A stretch of 64,000 nt of DNA, taken from the NCBI GenBank assembly GCA_902597385.1, contig CACJXQ010000001.1, positions 31,910-95,909 of the forward strand, in the 5' to 3' direction. Shown here in pieces: positions 19,220 to 28,602 of the stretch. How positions within the stretch are numbered: the first letter of the stretch is position 1; each line of letters begins with the position of its first letter. The DNA is from an uncultured Pseudomonadota bacterium. GTDB lineage: Bacteria; Pseudomonadota; Gammaproteobacteria; Ga0077536. The notes under the pieces were generated by a model. The model searched no databases, was not told the origin of the DNA, and was given only the letters and a program-made list of their open reading frames with translations. The position numbers and the translations under genes were made by a program.

Positions 19220-19582
19220 ATGATTCGAAAATATAACTGGAAAAAATGGCCCACCGTAATCATTGTGACGGTTGTTATAATGAATTACTGGCAGCATCAG
19301 AATTATAAAAAAAACGTTGCTGCAATTTTTTCCGAAAGCCTGACTAAAGCAAATTACAATCTTCCCACAGTCGATGAAGTTAAGCTACCTCTCGGCTTTA
19401 CCTTTCTAGCCCTTAAAAGCTCTAGCGAAATTACTTTTGGGGTTGGAGAGGCTAGGAAGAGTGTTTTTTTGAGGGTCACTCCAGTTGGGAAATTACCACT
19501 AATTTGGTTTCTCATTGATTCGGCATATCATCTGGATATAGCGCCTGAGGAGCTAGATAAGCTCTATATGTATAGGGATTAA
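19220..19582 (+). CDS. Hypothetical protein with N-terminal membrane anchor
   Basis: 120-aa ORF with one N-terminal hydrophobic segment; no family recognised. Confidence 0.55.
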   Translation: MIRKYNWKKWPTVIIVTVVIMNYWQHQNYKKNVAAIFSESLTKANYNLPTVDEVKLPLGFTFLALKSSSEITFGVGEARKSVFLRVTPVGKLPLIWFLIDSAYHLDIAPEELDKLYMYRD

Positions 19583-19669
19583 GATGCTTGAATATTTAAA
19601 GGGTGAGATTAGTTGTCTTAAATTTTAAAAGGCCAGGTTAAAAGTAACATCGAGAGCCTCCCCCTAGGC

Positions 19670-20392
19670 CTAATGCTTTTCTCCGATATATATTGTGCAA
19701 GTTGAGGAATCTCCAGTATAAGGATTGGGAAACTCTACGATCTCGGCACGGGAATTGTGGAAAACCTCTTTGAGAGTGTCGCTGAATTCCTTCTCCGGAG
19801 GATTATTTGACCACATGGCGAAAATTCCTTTAGTACGTAACATATTCGTGATCAATTGCATGCCAGAAACTGAGTAAAAATGTCGGTGTTTAAAACTTAA
19901 AAAATGACTAGGGGAATGATCTATATCGAGTAGAATGGCATCGAATTGACGCCCCTTGAGATTCGGCTCTAATTGGCCGGTGGAAGACGAAGCCAACTCG
20001 AAGAAATCGCCTTGAAGTAGTCGACAACGCGGATCCGAACTTAGCCGCTGCCCTAAGGGTATTAGACCTTGTTGGTGCCACTCGATTACTGCATCAAGGA
20101 ATTCGATAACTACAACTGTGCGGACGGAACTATGTTCGAGTGCGGCGTTGGCAGTAAAGCCCAGTCCGAGTCCGCCGATCATCACGTCTATTTCACTTTT
20201 TTTAAGGGTGTCCAAAGGAATATTGGCAAGCGCGGTTTCTCCCGCCGTGAAAAGGCTTGACATTAAAAAATCATCGTCTAGTTTTACCTCGAATACATTG
20301 GCGTTTTCCGCCATCGGTTCGCGACGGCGTCTTAGAGTTAGTGCACCAAGAGGGGTGTCTCTATGGTCTAATTCTTCAAAATTTTTCCCCAT
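19670..20392 (-). CDS. Spermidine synthase-like SAM-dependent transferase
   Basis: TPLGALTLRRR, FLMSS, IGGLGLGFT, FDAILLDIDHSP. Confidence 0.85.
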   Translation of the reverse strand: MGKNFEELDHRDTPLGALTLRRRREPMAENANVFEVKLDDDFLMSSLFTAGETALANIPLDTLKKSEIDVMIGGLGLGFTANAALEHSSVRTVVVIEFLDAVIEWHQQGLIPLGQRLSSDPRCRLLQGDFFELASSSTGQLEPNLKGRQFDAILLDIDHSPSHFLSFKHRHFYSVSGMQLITNMLRTKGIFAMWSNNPPEKEFSDTLKEVFHNSRAEIVEFPNPYTGDSSTCTIYIGEKH

Positions 20393-20675
20393 CTTTAGTT
20401 CACTTTATCGAGTAGTATATCGGATTAGATGAAATAGTTTTTTATCTGCGTTAGTGTGATACTTCGACCTTCTATACAGTGGTGCCGGAGTAGGTTTGTA
20501 GATTTCACAGTGATTCATATTATTTCTCATTATGTCTCAAAAGGCGGAGCAGTTTTAGTCCTTCTGGTTAGAGCAGCAATATCGCGATGACAGACATGGT
20601 CAGATGGCTCATTTCGGCCTAACGCAGTGGACGAAACTCGTTGGTAGAGTTTCTAAGTTATTGATTGAAAGAGAG

Positions 20676-20722
20676 AGTGGTGGCCAGGGACAGAATCGAA
20701 CTGCCGACACAGGGATTTTCAG
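20676..20722 (-). repeat. Duplicated 3' half of tRNA-Phe (att site), direct repeat of 22248..22294
   Basis: 47-bp exact match AGTGGTGGCCAGGGACAGAATCGAACTGCCGACACAGGGATTTTCAG; identity stops just past the anticodon loop. Confidence 0.95.
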
Positions 20723-20774
20723 ACCTTATGTCACAATCAATAAACCTATAAAAAACAACAACCTATCATTCCTT

Positions 20775-20795
20775 TGGCGTAAAGTCTGGTGTAAA
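20775..20795 (+). repeat. Tandem TGG(C/T)GTAAA pair, candidate integrase arm-type sites (left)
   Basis: TGGCGTAAA 20775-20783 and TGGTGTAAA 20787-20795. Confidence 0.55.
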
Positions 20796-20888
20796 AAAGG
20801 CACTAAAAAGCGAGTTATTGAGAGTGGATTGAGGGACACTATCGTTTTGTCCTTACAATCGTTACGAAACGGTTTTGAGTAGATAGTT

Positions 20889-21290
20889 TCACTCACCGAC
20901 ATAACTACAGGCGGATTTTAGAGTATATTCATTTGCAGAGGTAGGAGGGGGATACTTCCAATTTCTATGCTCTCCTATAGGTTCCTGTCCATCACCTACT
21001 CCTTTACCCATTGGTTCGTTGTGAAAAGAAAAACTCAAATACTTCAACCGAAATAACTTACAGTCGCCTTGTTTATACGTTTTGGAAGACAATCTCCCAT
21101 TTGGGGTTGGTTTCAAGTTATCCTTCAAATCCCAATAATAAACATACCCATCAACTTTTCTGATTCTCTCAAAATCGACATAGTAGGTATCTCCTAAATC
21201 ACTCACAAACACCTTCGTCCATTCACTGTAAGAAGGTGATGAGAACATCAACGACAACAGGAAAGTAAGGATTAAAGTATATCGGTTCAT
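20889..21290 (-). CDS. Secreted protein, surface-adhesin E-like beta-rich fold
   Basis: Signal peptide ending SYS|EW; WTKV...TYYVDFERIRKVDGYVYYW, GDC, C-terminal Cys (possible disulfide). Confidence 0.7.
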   Translation of the reverse strand: MNRYTLILTFLLSLMFSSPSYSEWTKVFVSDLGDTYYVDFERIRKVDGYVYYWDLKDNLKPTPNGRLSSKTYKQGDCKLFRLKYLSFSFHNEPMGKGVGDGQEPIGEHRNWKYPPPTSANEYTLKSACSYVGE

Positions 21291-21428
21291 AGTCTAAGTT
21301 TTACCACAGGATGGTGTGGAGCGGGAAGGTCTTTGAGGGTTAGTCAGATTTTGGGGTGTCACCTTCTCTAAAAATCACATAAGTGAATGAGGTTGATTAT
21401 TAGAGGTAAAAAAAATAGATATCAATTT

Positions 21429-21740
21429 TTAATCTCGACAGGTGACAGTTGTAATTTTCCCACTGGGTGTTCTTATATTCTGCCAGAAGGTAACAACGAA
21501 AAATCCTTGATTATAACCACATAAAGAATTTCCTATTCCTTCTAAATCCATTTTAGAGAATCCGCCTGGGTTCTGAATCCACAAAGAATTATTCTGAACC
21601 CAATGATTGGACAACCCCATTTGATTTAAACTATCTGAAAATTTGTTCTGACTATTTTTACTTACTGCAGCAAACGAAGTGCTTGTCAAAAACAGTATTG
21701 TTAATAAAATTATCTTTTTTATAGTAATCCTATGACTCAT
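21429..21740 (-). CDS. Small secreted hypothetical protein
   Basis: Signal peptide ending SFA|A; two Cys; 103 aa. Confidence 0.7.
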   Translation of the reverse strand: MSHRITIKKIILLTILFLTSTSFAAVSKNSQNKFSDSLNQMGLSNHWVQNNSLWIQNPGGFSKMDLEGIGNSLCGYNQGFFVVTFWQNIRTPSGKITTVTCRD

Positions 21741-21942
21741 TCCTTGCCCCCACGGTTTTTACAAAGTACTAACTTATCTTATAGATTAGAAAAATGATAA
21801 CCTTTTATTCCTTCACAATACCTTGTTATTGTTCAAAACAAAACAAGGTTGATTCAACCCTGTTTGATTTCAGCTCGCAATCCACTAGACCAAGTTTGTC
21901 GTGGAGAGTTTGGACATCTGAAGAACACCAGAGGGAAGTGAA

Positions 21943-22110
21943 ATGTGGGGAAACTATGGAGATCCTGGAGTAATCCTTGCTGTTATAACCGTAGCACTTA
22001 TTTTCTTGGTCTATAAAAAGTATGACGATTTTTTCGACATAATAATGATAGTTGCGTGTATGTCATTTACCTATTGGTTTTATTATTTCATTACAAATGT
22101 ATTGTTTTGA
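21943..22110 (+). CDS. 55-aa two-TM small protein (not in the ORF track)
   Basis: MWGNYGDPGVILAVITVALIFLVYKKYDDFFDIIMIVACMSFTYWFYYFITNVLF; GAGGGAAG upstream. Confidence 0.55.
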   Translation: MWGNYGDPGVILAVITVALIFLVYKKYDDFFDIIMIVACMSFTYWFYYFITNVLF

Positions 22111-22168
22111 TAGAGGACTATTTCTCTCTAGGTTCAACCCTACTTTTATAGATTATAAATCAGCTGTT

Positions 22169-22187
22169 TGGTGTAAATTGGTGTAAA
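22169..22187 (+). repeat. Tandem TGGTGTAAA pair, candidate integrase arm-type sites (right)
   Basis: TGGTGTAAA at 22169-22177 and 22179-22187. Confidence 0.55.
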
Positions 22188-22212
22188 AATGGAAGGGTGT
22201 TAGAGAGGGAGT

Positions 22213-22249
22213 CTAAACCCCGATTTCCTTAATGAAATCAGGGGTTTAG
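22213..22249 (-). terminator. Hairpin directly downstream of the tRNA-Phe CCA end
   Basis: CTAAACCCC-GATTTC-loop-GAAATC-A-GGGGTTTAG; no clean U-tract. Confidence 0.55.
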
Positions 22250-22325
22250 TGGTGGCCAGGGACAGAATCGAACTGCCGACACAGGGATTTTCAGTCCCCT
22301 GCTCTACCAACTGAGCTACCTGGCC
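22250..22325 (-). tRNA. tRNA-Phe(GAA)
   Basis: Reverse complement GGCCAGGTAGCTCAGTTGGTAGAGCAGGGGACTGAAAATCCCTGTGTCGGCAGTTCGATTCTGTCCCTGGCCACCA; 76 nt cloverleaf, GAA anticodon, encoded CCA. Confidence 0.98.
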
Positions 22326-22373
22326 TTGATTAACGTTAATTCTACGTTATCGAGAGGCTAAAATCATATGAAC

Positions 22374-22646
22374 TTAGCTATCCGGATCAACAAATTCTTG
22401 CGGTCTATCTGAGCCCCCGTCAAAAAAGAACTTTTCCATTTCGTCTTCAAGGAATTTTCTATCCTTTGGTTCTATCGGAGTAAGTCTATACTCGTTTATC
22501 AGAATCGTCTGATGCTGAAGCCACATATTCCAACCTTCCTTGCTGACGTTTTCTAGTATGCGCGAGCCGAGGTCACCCGGGTAAGGAGGCCGTTCTAAGC
22601 CTTCAAGTTCTTTTCCAAGTTTAACGCATTTTACGTTTCTGGCCAC
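22374..22646 (-). CDS. yggX: Oxidative damage protection / Fe(II)-trafficking protein
   Basis: VKCVKLGKELEGL, PYPGDLG, VSKEGW..WLQHQTILINE; lies downstream of mutY. Confidence 0.93.
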   Translation of the reverse strand: MARNVKCVKLGKELEGLERPPYPGDLGSRILENVSKEGWNMWLQHQTILINEYRLTPIEPKDRKFLEDEMEKFFFDGGSDRPQEFVDPDS

Positions 22647-23710
22647 TAGCTATTTTCCTTATTTTTCCGCCAAAGGTCTTTCAGCAAATCCACTACTGGC
22701 TTGGGGGTGCCGATTGTTTTGGCTGATTTTTTTTCAAAGAACATTCTATCATTATTTTCGAGAAGTCTGGAGTCATCTCCGATTAACGTAAAAAGTAGGG
22801 GTTTTAATATTAATTTGCAGTGGGTGAGGTGATGGTGTTTTGGCGGGAGCTGTTCACAATAGTAGTTTGCTGGATCCAGAACATTTAAAATTATTGTCTC
22901 AGCGCCATTCTTTTTTTCGAACTCAGGGAAACTCCAAAGTCCTCCCCAAATTCCAGATTTCGGTCGCCTTTCCAGTAAAATCTCGCGCTTTCTATTTCTG
23001 ATAATAGCAATATAGGTTGATTTGGTTTTAGATGGTTTCCTTTTCCCCGATCCTGGAAAAATTCGTGTACTGTTAGATAAATAAGCGGCGCATGAATTAG
23101 TATAGGGACATTTGGAACAAATAGGGTCTTTCTTGCACACCATTGCTCCCAAGTCCATAAGCGCCTGAGTGTATTCTCGGTGACGACTTGTTGGAACATG
23201 TAACTCCGCAGTAGCCCACAATTGCCTTGTTGTCCTCGCGGTTGCCGGTTTTGCTTTTATTGCATGATATCTACTCAGAACTCTTTTCACGTTTGCATCT
23301 AAAATAGCTGCGGGTTGATTTAAAGCTAAAGCAATAATTGCTCCGGCTGTCGATTTACCGATTCCAGGCAAACCCACAAGTTCCTCAGTTGTTGCGGGCA
23401 TCACTCCTCCGTATTCTTCTTCTATCATTCTAGCTGCTTTATGCAAATTTCTCGCTCTACTGTAATATCCCAGCCCAGACCACGAATTAAGAACTTCATC
23501 GAGATTTTTCTCTGATAGTATTTTTATACTAGGAAATAACCTTACGAAGTTTGTAAAGAACGGTATTACAGTTTGAACCTGGGTTTGCTGAAGCATTATC
23601 TCGGAAACCCAAACCCGATAGGGTGTTGGGTTCTTTTGCCAAGGCAGATCATGTCGACCGTAGAGGTCAAACCAATTTAGGAGTAAATCAGAGAACTTCT
23701 CATTTGCCAT
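22646..23710 (-). CDS. mutY: A/G-specific adenine glycosylase
   Basis: LPWQ..PYRVWVSEIMLQQTQV, WSGLGYYSRARNL, HhH LPGIG, Fe-S Cys cluster. Confidence 0.96.
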   Translation of the reverse strand: MANEKFSDLLLNWFDLYGRHDLPWQKNPTPYRVWVSEIMLQQTQVQTVIPFFTNFVRLFPSIKILSEKNLDEVLNSWSGLGYYSRARNLHKAARMIEEEYGGVMPATTEELVGLPGIGKSTAGAIIALALNQPAAILDANVKRVLSRYHAIKAKPATARTTRQLWATAELHVPTSRHREYTQALMDLGAMVCKKDPICSKCPYTNSCAAYLSNSTRIFPGSGKRKPSKTKSTYIAIIRNRKREILLERRPKSGIWGGLWSFPEFEKKNGAETIILNVLDPANYYCEQLPPKHHHLTHCKLILKPLLFTLIGDDSRLLENNDRMFFEKKSAKTIGTPKPVVDLLKDLWRKNKENS

Positions 23711-23733
23711 TTCAAATTCAAACCACTATAACG

Positions 23734-24318
23734 TTAGTCTTTCCTGGATTTTGCGAGCGTTTCGATTGTCTCTATAGTTTTCTTTATTTGCTTTAAGAAC
23801 ACTTTTTCTAAAACAAGTGGTCCTATTATTGGTGGGATCCAGAAGTCTGGAGTAAGTGTGGCATTGACTCTAATTAATGTTTTGTCTGCCCCCTCTGAAA
23901 CAGTCTTCCAGATTGCCCGGCCAGCGGAAAAGTTTCCCTCTCCAGCAACAATATTCATTTCCAATCTATCTTTGGACAAAGTTACGATCTCGACAAACTT
24001 AAGATTGAAGCAAAAAGTAAAAATACACTGGGTTAGCGTGAGGAGCCTTTTTATTTTGTTTCCCGGAAGAGTTTCCAATACTTTACTTTTTGATATGTTG
24101 CCGTTCAATCTATCCCATTGTTCAAAGTTATGTAGCTTGTCTAATACTTTGTCGTGCCGCGCATTAATCTGCGCTTCAAAAGAATATAAAAATCTTTTAT
24201 CTTTATATTCTATTGAGCTTTTTTTAAGGGACGCAGAACTGACAATCATGCTGGATATCAGAAGTCCTAAAGTTATTATCCAGCGTACTGCGACTTTTTT
24301 GTTTGATTGGTTTTGCAC
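23734..24318 (-). CDS. SRPBCC/polyketide cyclase-like exported protein
   Basis: Signal peptide; CIFTFC and PDFWIPPIIGP motifs; START-like pattern. Confidence 0.65.
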   Translation of the reverse strand: MQNQSNKKVAVRWIITLGLLISSMIVSSASLKKSSIEYKDKRFLYSFEAQINARHDKVLDKLHNFEQWDRLNGNISKSKVLETLPGNKIKRLLTLTQCIFTFCFNLKFVEIVTLSKDRLEMNIVAGEGNFSAGRAIWKTVSEGADKTLIRVNATLTPDFWIPPIIGPLVLEKVFLKQIKKTIETIETLAKSRKD

Positions 24319-24322
24319 GGAC

Positions 24323-27244
24323 CTAAAAATTAAAAAGTTTTTTCAAAGCCTTCTCTGCATCAGAACCAATAGTATCTTTAAGCTTCTCGCTTAATACCTT
24401 TTCAATCTTTTTTTTCGCTTTATTCTTCACAATGTTTTTCAATATAGGTTGAAGATTTGGTTTACAGCCTGGATTTTGAAAGTCACCATTGCATCTTAAA
24501 GGGATCGAATATCCTCCGAGGTTGTAGGCCTGTTCCCCGCTTTGAACTCTAGAGCGCGGAACGTCTAAAGCTAGATTTAGCTGCAATTGCTCTTTTATTA
24601 AATTCGCACTACCGCTTCCCTTAATCACAAACCCTTCACCTTCCACATAAAAATCTTTGCTTACGACACTACCATTGTTGATTGCCAAAGAAGCGTTTAG
24701 TCTCTCGAATTTGGTAGCCCCTCCTTTAGGGGGTGATTGTAGGCACTTGCACTCTAAAATTCTCTCAGCTGTCGAAAGTAAAGCTGGAGTATCAATCCCT
24801 GTAAAAACGCCTTTGCTTAGGGTTATAACGCTATTTCCTCGTGCTGATCTTATCAATTGGTCCATTGACTTCCCCGATGCTTTTAAATGAAACCCTACGC
24901 TTCCACTGCCTTTTAAATAGTTACTACCAGTCTTATCGTGGAGCAAAGGGCCTATTTCTATTCCGTCGAGTTTTGTTTCTATGTTTATAACCGAATCTTG
25001 CTTTGTTGCATCTACTGAGACCACGCCGGCGTAGTTTCCCTCGTAAAGAGTCGCTTCAATTGGGTCAATCTCTATTCGACCATTGTTTGCCTGGCCGTTG
25101 ATAATTAAGTTCTCAATCGTAAGGCCAGAAATTTTAAGCCTATCAATCTGAATTTTTCCATTTCCGTTCAGGTTTCTCAAAAGATCGTTAGGTAGAGTAC
25201 TGGCTCCGACAACTGCCACTTCAGGGGAGAGTGTGGTTTTTTTTTCGGTTGTTAGATATTTGTCAAAATTAATTTCATCTACTGTAAGATCGAATTCTGT
25301 TTGGACTTTTGGAAGTCTTTGAATTTTTATCTGCCCATTTAAGTAGGTGTCATCCAGTCTAATATCCAGCTGACTAACTGCTATAGATTTTTCAGAGAAT
25401 TCAGCAGAAATCATTGCCTCTAATTTTTGCAAAGCCCCGTCATCGTTTGATTGGAGATCAATCTCAAAAAAGTCTAGCCACGTTTTAGGGTTGAAGTCAG
25501 ACGCATTCATCTGAATGGTGCCGGTAGGTGATGAGTACATGTTAGAAACTAAGCCTGATAGTTTGGTTTTTGATCCTAGGCCTGTCAAAAATAATTCGGG
25601 CACTGAGATGTTTCCGTCTTCTATGTTGATCGATATGTCTTCGCCTATTACTTCAAAGACCTTGATATTAGAGGAGGCTCCATGAACAGTGCCTGATGAT
25701 GTCAGTGATAATTTTTCGGAATCACCTTCGAATTTCAAACGTAGATTAGTTAGCCCCAATCTCCTTGAAAGTTCAGGCTGATTAAAAAGCAAAAGAATGC
25801 TATTTAAATTTTCACTATTAAGAGTCAAAGTTCCGCCTAAATTTTGTCTCCCACTTGGTTGGCTAATTAGTAAATTAGAGCCTAGCTTGAAACCTAGAAG
25901 ATCTAATTGTAATTCTTCGAGTACAATCATGTTGTCTTTAGGAAGAGTCTTTAGGGAGGTTGCGAAGCTCAAACTACGATTTTTTAACCTACCTAAATTC
26001 TCAAAAAATTCTTCGCTCATTTGGTCGTTGAAATGCTGATGGATTTTCAGTAGTGGCAAAAAGTCTCGAGTGTTGGCTTTTAAGCTACCATTTATCTTCG
26101 GTTTCGACGAAAACATATTCTCAGCTTTGAAATTCCCTTCGATAGCGGCTCCTAGGGCTAGAGCGTCTACATTTGTGATTTTAAAATCCCCTGCTTCAAG
26201 ATCGGCCTCAAATTCGATGTCTAGGGTTGCCTTCTGCTTCTTTTTGCCTAATGTTCTCGTTAAATTAGGCGCTAAAATACCAATCGGCTTACTCAAATCT
26301 TCGCTATTGAATTTGACCGCCCCTAATGTTTTGGTTTGGTTTCGACCCAGCGGAAGTTTGCTTACCGAAGCGTTTAGATTGGTTTTCAAGCCGGATAATT
26401 GCAACTTGTCTATTGTGAGATATTGCTTTTCCTGTTCAATTTTCCCCTTAAAAAAGAGAGAGAAATCTTCCTCTGTTAGTCCAATTTTTTTACTTTTTAT
26501 CTTTCCATCTAACTTGAGGTCATTGAATGCGTAGAAATTTTCTTTAAGTCCATAGGTTACCGTGCCTAGTACTTCAGCGATGCCGCTAAGTTCTTGTTCA
26601 GTATCTGTGAATTTAATAGATCCAACTAATTCAATCGGTTTTTCAAAGCTAAGCTCGGAAATTTTGATATTGATATCAGAAACACTGATTCTTCTTTTGG
26701 TTGTCTCGTCATGAAACTTAATTTCTGAATTATTGATGTTTACGCCGCCCAAGAAAACAGCTAATAGCTTTGAGGAAGTTTCTTCTTTCTTCGCCTCTTC
26801 AGCGTTTTGGCTCATTAGCCAATTAGCAATTCCACGTTCATCCTTTATAAGATTGACTTTAAGTTGATCGATGGTAAGCGCGTCCATCTCTATGTCACCC
26901 CTTATTAGGCTGAACATGTTGACACTTATTCGAATTGAGCTTAACCGAAGGAATTGAGGAATGTGAAAGTTGTCCTCGTTCACGATCTCGATATCCGAAG
27001 CCTCTAGAACCAATCTTGGCAATATTGAAAGTCCGAGAGGACCATTTAGACGCAGAGTCTTTCCAGTCGATGCTCTAAACTGATTTTCTATTTCGTTTTT
27101 ATATTCATTGGGGTCGACGGCAGCCAGAAAAATACTTAAAACCAGGAGGACTGTGAATAGTATCCCTGCAACAATCAAGCTCAAGGTTTTTAAATATTTT
27201 AATTTCACTATATTTTCTCGATCCGGATAGCTATTCTTGCACAC
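24323..27244 (-). CDS. AsmA family protein (long form)
   Basis: N-terminal TM followed by DPNEYK..TGKTLRLNGPLGLSILP and GIANW; C-terminal LYEG, TKFERL, IPLRCNG. Confidence 0.88.
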   Translation of the reverse strand: MCKNSYPDRENIVKLKYLKTLSLIVAGILFTVLLVLSIFLAAVDPNEYKNEIENQFRASTGKTLRLNGPLGLSILPRLVLEASDIEIVNEDNFHIPQFLRLSSIRISVNMFSLIRGDIEMDALTIDQLKVNLIKDERGIANWLMSQNAEEAKKEETSSKLLAVFLGGVNINNSEIKFHDETTKRRISVSDINIKISELSFEKPIELVGSIKFTDTEQELSGIAEVLGTVTYGLKENFYAFNDLKLDGKIKSKKIGLTEEDFSLFFKGKIEQEKQYLTIDKLQLSGLKTNLNASVSKLPLGRNQTKTLGAVKFNSEDLSKPIGILAPNLTRTLGKKKQKATLDIEFEADLEAGDFKITNVDALALGAAIEGNFKAENMFSSKPKINGSLKANTRDFLPLLKIHQHFNDQMSEEFFENLGRLKNRSLSFATSLKTLPKDNMIVLEELQLDLLGFKLGSNLLISQPSGRQNLGGTLTLNSENLNSILLLFNQPELSRRLGLTNLRLKFEGDSEKLSLTSSGTVHGASSNIKVFEVIGEDISINIEDGNISVPELFLTGLGSKTKLSGLVSNMYSSPTGTIQMNASDFNPKTWLDFFEIDLQSNDDGALQKLEAMISAEFSEKSIAVSQLDIRLDDTYLNGQIKIQRLPKVQTEFDLTVDEINFDKYLTTEKKTTLSPEVAVVGASTLPNDLLRNLNGNGKIQIDRLKISGLTIENLIINGQANNGRIEIDPIEATLYEGNYAGVVSVDATKQDSVINIETKLDGIEIGPLLHDKTGSNYLKGSGSVGFHLKASGKSMDQLIRSARGNSVITLSKGVFTGIDTPALLSTAERILECKCLQSPPKGGATKFERLNASLAINNGSVVSKDFYVEGEGFVIKGSGSANLIKEQLQLNLALDVPRSRVQSGEQAYNLGGYSIPLRCNGDFQNPGCKPNLQPILKNIVKNKAKKKIEKVLSEKLKDTIGSDAEKALKKLFNF

Positions 27245-28602
27245 GCTTTCTTGACTTGCTCGGGAGCTGTGCCGCCTTGGTGGCTTCTCGATGCTAGTGC
27301 TTTGTCTGGGGTTAATATGTCAAACACCTTTGCATCAAATATCTTGTTCGCTTTTTGGAATTCCGCTAACTTCAGATCTTCGAGCTGGCAATTTTGATCG
27401 ACCGCAAATTTGACCAGTTGACCCACAGTTTCATGTGCGTCTCTAAAGGAGATACCTTTTCTCACCAAATAATCAGCAATGTCGGTTGCTAAAATAAAGC
27501 CCTTTTCCGCGGCTTCAGACATGGCAGAAGGATTTGGATTGATGCTGGGAATTAATAAATTGAGGGCCATGGTACAATCTATCAGAGTGTCTACAGTATC
27601 AAATAAGGGTTCCTTGTCCTCTTGGTTGTCTTTGTTGTAGGTTAATGGCTGAGATTTCATTAATGTGATCAGCCCCATTAGATGACCGTAGACCCTACCT
27701 GATTTTCCTCTGATTAACTCTGGTACGTCAGGATTTTTTTTCTGAGGCATCATTGATGAGCCAGTGCAGAAGGCGTCTCCCAGCTCAATAAAAGAGAAAG
27801 GTTGGGAACACCAAAGAACTAGTTCTTCACAAATTCTTGAGAAGTGCATCATAGTCATAGTTGCTGCTGAAACAAATTCTATTACGAAATCTCGGTCAGC
27901 TACGCTATCCATTGAGTTTTCAGAGATGTCATCGAAACCTAAAATTTCTGCAGTGATGCGACGATCTATAGGGAAGGTTGTTCCAGCAAGTGCTCCGGAT
28001 CCTAGCGGAAGGATGTTAATCCTCGATCGGCAGTTTTTGAATCTCGATATATCTCGCAGTATCATCTCGGCCCAAGCTAGCAGGTGGTGGCCGAAAGTTA
28101 CAGGTTGGGCTACTTGAAGGTGGGTATAACCGGGCATCAAAGTGGCTGATTCTTTGTGAGCGAGTTGGACAATGGCCCTCACTAAATCCTTTAATTCTTC
28201 TACCGATTCATCAGTCTTATCTCTCAAGAAGAGGCGTAGGTCAGTAGCGACTTGGTCATTTCGAGATCTGGCCGTGTGTAATTTTTTTCCAACCTCTCCT
28301 ATTCGATTGACCAACTCGCCCTCAATGTTCATGTGCACATCCTCTAGTGCCGCTGACCACTTGAATGTTCCGTTTCTGATAGTATCAGCAATTTCTTCTA
28401 GTCCATTATCAATTTGTCTCAGCTCTTCGGAGGATATTATCCCGCATTTCTCTAACATTTGGGCATGGGCCTTAGAGCCTGTTACGTCATAAAGACCAAG
28501 TCTCTTGTCGAAATTGATGGAAGCGGTAAATCGCTCAACAAATTGATTGGTGGGTTCAGAAAAACGTCCGCCCCAGGGCTTCTTTTCGGATTTATTGTCC
28601 AT
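27208..28602 (-). CDS. argH: Argininosuccinate lyase
   Basis: WGGRF, LHTARSRNDQVATD, PGYTHLQ, GSSMMPQKKNPD. Confidence 0.98.
   Translation of the reverse strand: MDNKSEKKPWGGRFSEPTNQFVERFTASINFDKRLGLYDVTGSKAHAQMLEKCGIISSEELRQIDNGLEEIADTIRNGTFKWSAALEDVHMNIEGELVNRIGEVGKKLHTARSRNDQVATDLRLFLRDKTDESVEELKDLVRAIVQLAHKESATLMPGYTHLQVAQPVTFGHHLLAWAEMILRDISRFKNCRSRINILPLGSGALAGTTFPIDRRITAEILGFDDISENSMDSVADRDFVIEFVSAATMTMMHFSRICEELVLWCSQPFSFIELGDAFCTGSSMMPQKKNPDVPELIRGKSGRVYGHLMGLITLMKSQPLTYNKDNQEDKEPLFDTVDTLIDCTMALNLLIPSINPNPSAMSEAAEKGFILATDIADYLVRKGISFRDAHETVGQLVKFAVDQNCQLEDLKLAEFQKANKIFDAKVFDILTPDKALASRSHQGGTAPEQVKKACARIAIRIEKI

Larger units (their letters stand above)
20676..22294. mobile_element. 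Integrase-less mini genomic island integrated in tRNA-Phe
   Basis: Bounded by 47-bp att repeats; AT-richer by eye; paired TGG(C/T)GTAAA motifs inside both ends; no recombinase ORF. Confidence 0.8.

Noticed and set aside
20826..20870. Imperfect hairpin in the island, considered as an integron attC
   Set aside because: No convincing RYYYAAC/GTTRRRY box pairing, not repeated after other cargo genes, and no integron integrase in the window.
20604..20882. 92-aa ORF across the att site
   Set aside because: Its middle (GGQGQNRTADTGIF) is the antisense translation of the tRNA fragment; most likely spurious.
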